A stretch of 64,000 bases of DNA from the NCBI RefSeq assembly GCF_011745625.1, contig NW_027191483.1, forward strand, positions 186,001-250,000. The letters are read 5' to 3'. This DNA comes from Cladosporium halotolerans. Its lineage: Eukaryota. The position numbers and the translations under genes were made by a program. The notes beneath the pieces are model-generated. The model saw only the letters and a program-made list of their open reading frames with translations. It was not told the origin of the DNA and did not search any database. The stretch's first letter is position 1. Each line of letters starts with the position of its first letter. This document shows, piece by piece, positions 48,001-57,951 of this stretch.

Positions 48001-49725
48001 CCGTGGGTCTTGGCCGATTACACTAGCGAAGAGCTAGATCTCACGAACCCAAACACCTTCCGCGATCTTTCCAAGCCTATGGGCTGCCAGACGCCTTTGC
48101 GGGAGGCTGACTACAAAGACCGATATAAGCAGTTCGCAGAGATGGGCGATGAAAACGCTCCTCCATTCCATTACGGCACGCACTACTCGTCGGCCATGAT
48201 CGTCACTTCCTATCTCATCCGCATGCAACCTTTCGTGCAGTCCTACCTCCTGCTGCAAGGCGGCAACTTCGACCACGCCGACAGATTATTCGACTCAATC
48301 GAGCGAGCATGGCTGTCCGCTTCAAGAGAGAACATGACCGATGTTCGAGAGCTCACGCCAGAGTTCTACTATCTCCCGGAGTTCCTGACCAACATCAACG
48401 GCTATGACTTCGGCACCAAGCAGGGGAATGATGAACTCGTTGGCGATGTGAAGCTGCCGCCTTGGGCGAAGGGTGACCCGCACATCTTCATTGCAAAGCA
48501 CCGCGAGGCGTTGGAGAGCCCGTATGTGAGCGAGCATTTGCACCAATGGGTCGATCTGGTTTTCGGCTTCAAGCAGCGTGGCGAAGCTGCGATCGAGGCG
48601 ACCAATGTCTTTCAGCATCTTTCTTATGGAGGAGCGAAGGATCTAGACAATATCCAGGACTCTGTGGAGCGGCTCGCGACTATTGGCATCATCCATTCAT
48701 TCGGTCAGACGCCGTATCAAGTGTTCCCGCGACCTCATCCCAGCCGGGAGACGGAGAAGTTTGCGACGGCTAGGCTTGATACCATGGCGGAGTCTCTGAC
48801 TAGGATCCCTGTGCCGCTCTTGGAGAACGATCACAAGGTTGCTACTCTGATCTTCTCGCCGACGCAAGATCGTGTGCTCTGTGCTGGGCCGTGCATGCTC
48901 AACATGCTGCCGAACTGCGATCGCTACATACAGTGGGGATATGCCGACCACAGTCTGCGCTTCTACTCTTCTAACACGAAGCGCTTACTCGGCCTATACG
49001 AGAACACCCACATCGGCCCCGTCACGACCACCACCTTCGCAGACAGCAAGACCCTCATCACAGCCGGCGCAGACTGCACCCTCGCCATCTGGGCCATCAC
49101 CAAGTCCCGCGACGCGATCGAAATCGACTGGAAAACCTACCTCTTCGGCCACCGCGCGCCCGTCACCCTCCTCGCCGCCAGCCGCGTCTTCAGCACCCTC
49201 CTCTCCGTCTCCGCCGACGGCCAAGTCCTCCTCTGGGACCTCAACCGCCACGACTGCATCCGCGCGCTCCTCCCGCCCACGCTGCGCACCCTCCAAGCGG
49301 CCCAGATCAGCAGCACGACCGGCCACATCGCCCTGGCGCGCGGCGCGCACTTGCTCCTCTTCACGCTCAACGGCCACCTCCTCGTCGACCAGAAGCTCAG
49401 CGACGGCCCCGAAGACCCAATCTTGTCCTGCGCGTTTTACAACGGCGCCGCGAACGAGTGGGTCGAGCGCGAGCTGCTGTTCACGGGCCACGCGCACGGT
49501 GTTGTGAATGTGTGGGCGCTGACGACGCTGCGCGACGGAGCGTGGCATTTGCAGCTTGTCAACCGGCTGAATCACGTTGATGCTGCGAGGGAGGACGGGG
49601 GCAATTGCAGCGCGGGTATCACAGCGTTGCTGCCGATGGCGAATGCGGTTTATACGGGAGATGAGGAGGGGAGGGTTTGGCAGTGGGGGGTTTTGCAGAG
49701 GCAGGCGAGCGTTAGCTTGAGGTAG
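42094..49725 (+). CDS. BPH1: BEACH-domain protein (Beige/Bph1/Lvs1): ConA-like, PH-BEACH and WD40 domains
   Basis: Uninterrupted 2543-aa ORF with [53 protein letters not shown], FGQTP and C-terminal WD repeats. Confidence 0.95.
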   Translation: [2543 protein letters not shown]

Positions 49726-50015
49726 GGGAGGGTGGTTTCTTGTGTATTGTTCTGAGCGCTTGGGGGTTTGCTTTTCGCTGGTGTTCTGGGGTTTGGGACT
49801 GTAGGTCTGTTTAACGAAAAGCTTTTTTGACGATGCGTGTGTTCAGGGGCGTCACGGTGTCGCGATCTTGTGGTTCACATGTAGTCTCGGAGCCACCCAA
49901 GTTGGCTTAAGTCGACTTACGTTGAAGACATGTGAATGTTTCTCAACTGGTATTTCACAAACGGTAGGGTATCTTTGATCATCAAACTATAGCCGCACCT
50001 GAGAACATCGACACA

Positions 50016-51305
50016 TCAACTCGCCAGCACAGCCCGCAACGCCACATACCCACCCAACACTCCCACAACCGTCGCAAGCAGCATCGCCTCGCCCTCCCAC
50101 GTCAGCGCAAGATACGCCCCAACACCCACCAGCACCTCATACCTCCTCGCCACCGCCCTCCTCTCCCTCCAATCCTTCCTCATCCTAAACGGCACCTCCA
50201 CCTCACCCTCCTTTCCAGGCCTCCGCAGCGGCACCCTCGCCACCAACGTCACAGGCCTATGATCGCTCGTCGGCTGCACCGGCAGCGCCGCATACCTCTG
50301 CACCTCCGGCTTCGCCCCCGCCAGGAACAGCACCCGGTCGCACCAGGACGGCACTCTATGCTTCGCCCAGGGCCAGACGCCGTCTTCGCCGCCGGACGGC
50401 AACGGTGTGCCGTTCGCGGCCGCTTTCTGCGCCGCGCTCGAGTACTTGTAGGTTGGCGGGAAGGCCACGGGCGCTTCGGCGAGGAGGTGCAGGGTGTTTT
50501 GCGCGCGCAGCTCGCGGTTGAGCTGGTCGTTCGCCCAGAGGTCGCGCCAGGAGGGGTGCGAGGGCGAGCTGGTGGGGTGGGGCCAGAGTTTGTGCTCGGT
50601 TTCCGAGGGCGCGGTGTCGGCTGTGCGGTAGTTGAGGTCGCCGGCGAAGAAGGTGTGCGAGAGGGGAGAGAAGAGGGTGGATTGAGACGGGGTGGACTCT
50701 GGAGATGAGGAGTGGAGCAGCGGTTGGGCGTCTTCGGTGGTGTTGGAGGGTTTGGAGGCATCGTTGACCCGCGTGAAGACGAGCCCTTCGCAGATGCTCT
50801 TCCAGTCGGCGTTGCGCCGCTCGCACTGGTCTTCCATGGGCGCCAGGTGGGCGGAGACGAATGTCATGGGAACGGGAGTGTCGTCGTCGCCATCGATGTA
50901 TAGTCGGGCGCCGACGGCGCCTTTGTTACCCATCTCGTACATGCCCACTCCCACGGCTGCCGTCTCTATCCATCGTATTGAGTCTTGAACATCCGATCGC
51001 GCGAACACCATCAATGCTGTGAGTCCGGCATTTTGTACGACCAGCGGGGCATAGTCGGTGTTTGAATCGAAGTGTTGTGAGACCGCATTTTGGACAATGG
51101 TGCTGAATTTGCCGAAGTATGGAGCAAGGAACGAGCCACCTAGAAAGGCGTAGCCTATGGGCGCGATTTCTTGCAGACACAAGACTATGAGGTCTGGCGG
51201 GAGAGTGGTGGAGGTGTTCTCGAAGAGCGAAGATGCGAGGTGGGAGGTGGACGGGAGGCTCCGTCCGCAGTTGAAAGTGGTGATGTGGGCGGTGAGAGAG
51301 GCCAT
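50016..51305 (-). CDS. Tail-anchored inositol polyphosphate 5-phosphatase (Inp54-like)
   Basis: TTFNCG, LCLQE, MGNKGAVG, SAHLAP, FAGDLNYR, FPPTYKY, PSWCDRVL and SDHRPV motifs, with a hydrophobic C-terminal anchor. Confidence 0.9.
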   Translation of the reverse strand: MASLTAHITTFNCGRSLPSTSHLASSLFENTSTTLPPDLIVLCLQEIAPIGYAFLGGSFLAPYFGKFSTIVQNAVSQHFDSNTDYAPLVVQNAGLTALMVFARSDVQDSIRWIETAAVGVGMYEMGNKGAVGARLYIDGDDDTPVPMTFVSAHLAPMEDQCERRNADWKSICEGLVFTRVNDASKPSNTTEDAQPLLHSSSPESTPSQSTLFSPLSHTFFAGDLNYRTADTAPSETEHKLWPHPTSSPSHPSWRDLWANDQLNRELRAQNTLHLLAEAPVAFPPTYKYSSAAQKAAANGTPLPSGGEDGVWPWAKHRVPSWCDRVLFLAGAKPEVQRYAALPVQPTSDHRPVTLVARVPLRRPGKEGEVEVPFRMRKDWRERRAVARRYEVLVGVGAYLALTWEGEAMLLATVVGVLGGYVALRAVLAS

Positions 51306-52331
51306 TCTTGTCAGCACGACAATCTCACGTGCGGGAAAATGTGTACAAGCTCAAGGAAGATGTCTATACTTGTCCCTGTGCCTTTACATGAGATATTTTG
51401 CTGCTCAATGTAAGGCCAGCCGTTGGCACGAGGCACGAGACACCGACGTCATTTCGAAGCGATTCAGTTGCACAGCCCCTCGGCCGCGGCTTGAGGTGCA
51501 CAGTAAAGCAAGGCAAGTTTTAGGATCGTCAAGTTCTAGGCTCGCATCGATCATGGATCCCACATATGTCGCTTGAGGGTCTGTTTACAGTAATCAGGAG
51601 ACACCAGGCTTTCGTCCACGAAACCCCTCTTCAGAAGACGTGGAGTGAACATCCGCAACGACAACGACAGTCATCCCGTGACAATGGCGGCGAGAGCAAG
51701 CAAAGAGTGATACCAAACTGAGCCTAACGAATCAGGGCTCCAAATATCAAAGGAGAATCGAGTTCTGCCCGTATTACTGAACATTCAAGTCCACCATTTC
51801 AGAAGCTGGAAATCACAGTCTTAGTAGGGGTCAAGTATAGATGACATTGATTCGCGGCGAGGGACACTACCGTAGTTTCTCCAGTCCGACGATAGGAAGC
51901 CAGGTGTTTCACAATGCCTTCTACTCTGCTGTTTTTGATGGGGAGCGACGAGAGTTCGAGACAACGACCAGGGTTCCCGGGTCCAATGAAAGCCAGGGAA
52001 GGCTTCGAGCAATGAACATGTCTGCCCAGGCAAATCATGCTCCGGATTCCCATGTCATGTAAGCAATCAACATATTGAAAACCCAATATACTCTACAGCG
52101 GAGGTATTACGTTGATCTTGTTTGCGCTGTCGACATACAACAACTGGCGAACGTGATCGGTACTTAAGTGGGCCTCGGCAGCTCCAGGTGAGGGGAAGCC
52201 TTGATTGCAACCACAATCCAAGCTCTGTTATCCCGATATTTCAAGACTCGGAGTTGAATCAGGCGCCAGGGCATAATACGACGCTGTTGCAGCTACTCGC
52301 ACCGAGGTTGACCGAAAACTGCAATTCAACG

Positions 52332-52820
52332 ATGACTTCCAACCAAGATATCCCTCCGCCTCCAGAGGATGGCTGGAAACACGAAGGCGTCCGGGTCATA
52401 CCCGCAGACTCACTGGACTCCAACACGGCCCAGACACCGGGCATGAACCGCGCCGCGGCCATCAACCTCGCACGAACTGGTGCTCAGAAACTCTGGGCCG
52501 GCACTGTACACATCCATCCGAACGCGAAAACCGGAGCTCACCACCATGGCCATCTGGAATCCGTCATTTACGTCGTGAAAGGCAAAGCAAGGATGCGATG
52601 GGGCGAGAAGTTGGAGTTCACCGCTGAGGCTGGACCGGGCGACTTCATCTTCGTGCCACCCTATGTTCCTCACCAAGAAATCAATGCCAATGAGAACGAG
52701 ACCTTGGAATGCGTCTTAGTCAGGAGCGATAACGAGGCAATCGCGATCAACCTACCGGATGTCGAGGCGGTTGAGAAGCCGGAGGGCGTGAAGTGGATCG
52801 ACCCTACACATACCCATTAA
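52332..52820 (+). CDS. RmlC-like cupin protein of bacterial type (intronless)
   Basis: ATG at 52332 (MTSNQD). Cupin motif 1 TGAHHHGHLESVIYVVKG and motif 2 GPGDFIFVPPYVPHQEIN. Confidence 0.88.
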   Translation: MTSNQDIPPPPEDGWKHEGVRVIPADSLDSNTAQTPGMNRAAAINLARTGAQKLWAGTVHIHPNAKTGAHHHGHLESVIYVVKGKARMRWGEKLEFTAEAGPGDFIFVPPYVPHQEINANENETLECVLVRSDNEAIAINLPDVEAVEKPEGVKWIDPTHTH

Positions 52821-53420
52821 TCGGCTCCGTGCCTGGGAGAGGGTTGCATCGTTTTGGTAACACAGGCGATTGCCATGCCTTACCATTTCCTTCATGTAGT
52901 CGTTGCAAAGTACGCTGAAGGCGGACAGTGTGCGCATTAGATCAATTGAGATTCCGTAGCCGACGGACAAGGTCTTTCTGACAGATCGCCAGATCGATCT
53001 ACTATGCATTTACCCGCTCATATTCCCCTGAAAGTGCATCGCGCGTCTTCGAGTCGTTGCTATAGTCGATAGACGCAAGTGTCCGGATAGACAGCCTCCG
53101 AATGCGGATCAAAACCTGCCAATACGCGGAAAGGCACCTACCCGGATGCTGGGTCACGGTGCGCAGCAGCACAGGTGTGCCGCAGAACACGGTCGAAACG
53201 TCGACGTAGTAGCACATGTGCCATGGTATATCGTACAGGTTGCTTGAAATTGGCTCATGGAGCATCGGTGCAGGCACGTGAGAGCATACGTGGGAGCGTG
53301 GCTCATGTGCGATCATATATTGTGCGTTGTCGAAGCGTAGTGATGGTCCAGATGATCAAACTTTTTCTCTACACATCGAGACGGACAACTTCACACCATA
53401 AGCTTTGTAAGACTATTGCC

Positions 53421-54244
53421 ATGCCGCTACGACACAGCATTGCTCTATCGTCAATCGCCTGCCTCACAGCAGCATTCCCCATCCACTTCCCCCCCACAGC
53501 CTTCACCAACTCCACTTCCCTTGACTCGACCACGGTACCGTCCCTAGTCGACCCAAATGCTGCTCTAGCATGGGACAACACCAAGTCACCATCAATCCTG
53601 CTTTGCAACGGACCAAATTTTGCAGGAGAATGCCAGCTCCTCGAAAGGAATGCTGCGAGGACATGTCTGAACCTCGACAACGGACGCAGAGACCAGGCAA
53701 TGGGCTTGGAAGTCGGTAGCCTGAAAGTCGGTGGCGGGGCGGCGTGTGTGTTGTTTGAGTGAGTTGCTTCTTTGCAGAAACAACTTCGTTTCGGATCGCT
53801 GACAACGGCACCTACAACAGCCAGCCAGCCTGCGTAGGCACAGGCATCCCCTTCGGCTCGGCGGCCGCCATCTCGACCTTCAAAGAATTTCACTCTGGGC
53901 CGAAGGTCGCCAGCCTCTTCTGCGAGTCGCTCGAAGACTTCGATCCGTCGGAACCCCCGTTAAGCGCTCAGAAGATCTTAGCCCGCAATCACGCCGACAG
54001 AGAAGTCCACCGCGGCTTGCGTCGCGATCGGAGACGGAGCTCCAAACGTGATATTGATTCTCGCAACGAGGAACAGCCTGGCCCTACGCTTACCGCGCCC
54101 CTTCTGGGAGACCCAAAGCCCAGGCCGGCACTATCTGCATCAGAACCGCGCTGGTCGCGTGGATCGAACTGTGGAGAGGGATCGTTTTATGCTGACAATG
54201 CTGACAACGGATGTATGGGGTCGGGTTTTGTCGGTGCTGTTTGA
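53421..54244 (+). CDS. Secreted Cys-containing protein with a beta/gamma-crystallin-like domain
   Basis: Signal peptide MPLRHSIALSSIACLTAA. Intron 53759-53820 (GTGAGT..GCTGAC..ACAG) joins two ORF-track fragments in frame. LCNGPNFAGEC..CLNL..VGSLKVGGGAACVLFDQPACVG resembles Greek-key crystallin motifs. Confidence 0.7.
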
Positions 54245-54458
54245 GTCTGGAGATGGGCTTAGCGATGATGGATGATGTTGTTGCTCTTTATACTACATGC
54301 TCAAGAAAGTATACTGGTTCAGCAATGCTCCGTCTTTAAAAGCTTACAAGCCGAGAACTCGTAACGATCCATTCGTGCGCGACCCCTTGAGCTGCCTGCA
54401 ACTCCTGCTGCGTCTCCCGATCCCGCACGCTTCCCTCGTACCAAACGTTGCCGTATAC

Positions 54459-55871
54459 CTATTGCAGCATCGCAGCGACACCGTCTTCGTCAACGCCGTT
54501 CGCACCAAAAATCTCATCGTCGACATTGTTATGAGACATCTTCCTTCGCTTGAGCCTGGGGTCTGCAATCTCTCCTGCGATTTCAGCAGAAGCGTGCCGA
54601 ACTTGCGGCATCTGAAGGCTGCTCAGAATGTCCGCCGCGGCAGCATTCTCGGGCTGCGAAGGTTGCGATTCGAGCGCGGGCGGGGGCTCGTGCGAGGGTG
54701 GCGGCTCGTCGTGGGAGGGTGCCTGCTCGGTGATGACTTCGGCGCCGGAAGGGTCGGCTAGCTGCTGCTCTGCTGGAGCATTTTCGCCGATTGCGAATGT
54801 GTCGGCTTCATTCTCGCCAGCGTCAGGCGGTGGCGGTGTGAAAGACTCGACGTCAGGAGGAGGCGTGAAAGACTCCGGTTCAGGGGCCATAGGGTCGGCA
54901 CCGTTTGCTGCGTTGGAGGCTCCATTTCCGGATTCGTAGGATGGTGTTGCCGGGTTGGAAAGTCCGCGCATGATCCCATCTTCCACTTCTCTTTTACGCG
55001 ATTCCGTACTTGCCAGACGACTCGACAGATCCGCAGCAGTCTCCTGGTCAGTAGCAAGGGAAGTCCGGCTTTTCTCCAGTAGTTGCTCAAGACCAGCAAT
55101 GAGTTCTGTGCGAGCCTTGATGCTGCTCTCAACAGCAGAGTGGGCGCTGGCCAATGTCTTCATCAACGAAGCCAGCTTCGCTGCGTGCACTGGCGGGCTC
55201 GGAACAGGCGTGTTCGGATCATTGAGCTTCCCGTACTCCGTGTTGGCGTTCGTGACAACGCCTCTCGCGCTTGCTTCAGCTTTGCTCAAAGCAGTTTGCG
55301 ATTTGCTAAGGGGTTCCAGCTCGGATGGCACACTCCCACCGGATCCACCAAACAAGCTGCCACCGAGCTTGCCGCCTCCACCGCCTCCGCGCTGGGCTCC
55401 CCTAGTCTTGTCCACTTCGTCAAGCCTCTTTTCAAGTGCATCCTGAATCTTGACATCGAAGATGGTTCTCTGTCTCCAAACCTCGACGACCCTCTTGATC
55501 TTGTTCTGCACCTCGACTGAAGCATTCTTGTAGGCAAGAGCAGTCGCGTCGCCAATGAGGGGCTCGAATGCAATGAGGAAGTCGGTCTTTGAGCGTGCTC
55601 GTGATTGCTGAACGACCTCATTGGCGAGGTAGATGAGAACCAGGCGTTTTGATGTGCTGCTTTCTTGGAGTCTATTCAGCCAGAGGGCGGCTGTACGGTC
55701 GGCGTGACGGCTGGGCTACGATTAGCACGAGAAGCGCGACAATCGCGGACTGATGCCTCGAGAGACGACATACCGGTGGAACATAATCCATTGAGCGACG
55801 GTGACGATACTATCCTGCGTCTCATTGAGGGCCGCCAACTTGGCCTTGACGGCATCGTCGGAGTAGGCCAT
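54459..55871 (-). CDS. RTT103: CID-domain Pol II CTD-binding termination factor (Rtt103/RPRD1)
   Basis: MAYSDDAVKAKLAALNETQDSIVTVAQWIMFHRRHA (intron 55711-55773), KRLVLIYLANEVVQQSR, RVVEVWRQRTIF, then a coiled coil. Confidence 0.9.
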
Positions 55872-56299
55872 GACGCGCAGGAGATGTCACAAATCGCAAA
55901 GCACGTAGAGGATTATATAGACTGATTGCTATCGTACGTGCGGCTTCACTTGGGCTTTGTAGCAAGGTCACTCATGTACAATCGCAAGTCGCTTAGTGTT
56001 GCATGTGATGTGATGTAGCAGTTGGCAGCTGGAGAAGTCTGGAGCTCTCTCGCGCGCGCAAGTGGCTGGAAGCTCTCGCGTGGCAGCCTAAGGCCGCATA
56101 GGTAGCTTGGCATCTGGGGTCGGCGCAGTTGCGACAACGTCAACATCAAGGAGACGCATGGGTCTGTCTGAACACCACCTGAATTGTTACTAGCTCACTC
56201 CCAGCGACCTCAAGAGATAAAGTTCGGCCGAACCGCTGGAATACTAGGTCAATCGCAATCAGCAAAATCAACACAGACGCCTTCTAGGCATTAGCAAAC

Positions 56300-57109
56300 A
56301 TGGCGGACCGCTTCCCTTCATTGGACGAGTTCGACAACGGTATGCGGCCCGTCGCATTCAGTGCATTAGACGCCCTCAGCTAATCTGTAATAGGCCAGAC
56401 CGAAGCTACTGGAGGTGAATCCATTGACAACCTCGACGAGCCCTCCGATTTCCTCGCCCGCGAACGCGCGGCCCTTGGCGAGGACGCTCAGCAATTCACC
56501 ACATCTGCCGACAACACTGCGACTGTCGAGGACGGCGGCGACGATGATGACGACCTCCTCGGCGGCGGCATGAGCGCCGCGCCCTCTGCACCCTCAAACG
56601 GCAACTTTGGAGACGACGTGGGCGACTTCGAGTCCTCCTTCCCCGCCGTTGACACACAAAACGACGCTGTTGGCGGAGACGGCACTATCACTGGCTCGTC
56701 TCTCCCATACCAAGCGCCCTCCACATATCAAGACGAGGGCGAGCCTGAGGTGCTCAGGGAGTGGCGCGAGAGGAGAGACATGCAGATCCAGCACCGCGAT
56801 GAGGTCTCTGCATCTAAGAAGGCGGAAACCATCAAGGCCGCACAGCAGAACATCGACGAATTCTACGAGAACTACAACAACAGGAAGGACAAGGGCATTG
56901 CGCAGACGCGCAAGGAGGAGGAGGAATTCCTGAAGAACAGGGAAGACACCACCAGCGGTGGCACCAGCTGGGAGAGAATTGCCAAGCTCGTTGATCTCAG
57001 CGGTAAGGGCGTTGGCGGTGGTGCGAACGGCACGCAGAAGGCGAAGATGAGGGAGTTGCTGCTCAGCCTTAGGAAGGATGAGAAGGCTCCCGGAGCTAGC
57101 GGTGTGTAA
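56300..57109 (+). CDS. CLC1: Clathrin light chain
   Basis: MADRFPSLDEFD (intron 56340-56393), DFLARERAALGED, FESSFP, EPEVLREWRE, IDEFYENYN, SWERIAKLVD, LRKDEKAPGA. Confidence 0.95.
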
Positions 57110-57951
57110 GGCAGCCGTGTTGACCTTTCTTGTGGAGTAGAGAGTGATCCATACGAGGCTTGATGCTTGCTCCAATGCTGACGATGCGCCCCTCGAAAGC
57201 TCACCCAGCGAGCAGTTGATCGCTCTGCGACGCGACAGCAAGGGGCGATCTTGGCTTTTGGTAAAGCAATTTATGAAACACACCGCGAGGTATAGCCGAG
57301 CAAGTAGATGATTGTATAATAACGTTAGGCCTTAGCATCCAGATTTGAAAGAATTGGCTATTCTCAATAATGCGGTCTCTGGAGCCTGAAGCGTGAAGCC
57401 GCATGGGACAAGCTCATCGGTTTGGTGCATTGAAGCTAGTCATGAGACATGCAGCACCTCGCACGTCCTAGCTACAGGTTCACCATGCGCATGCAAATTT
57501 GGCCTTCTCTGCAGGAATTGTGTGCATCTTTATCGCTGCCAAAGCATTCGCCAGCCCGAAGCTTGAGCTGCAGCCACGAGGGCGAACCGGCCAGGCGGGC
57601 CCTCGCCTCTGCAGCCGCTATCGGATCGGGACGTTGGCATTGCCGAATTCAGCGCGTTTGCGCGCATCATAGTCGTAGAGCTCGTGCATGTTTCCCTCCC
57701 TCCCAGTTTGTTAACTCTCCCATTCTATTTGCGCTTCCCACAAACAATTCACCACCTATTGTCACCCGCTCCAGCAGCAATCGGATCGCTTCCCGGCCTT
57801 TATTTGCATGACTGCGCCCTTCCTTTCGATTCCGAACAAAAGTCAGCCATGACCATCACGAGCACATTACATCAGGGACGATAGTTGGAACACTCGGTTG
57901 GATTGGGACAGAGGCGTTTCCATAAGAGCCTGCTTCAGGCCTGAATTGTAG

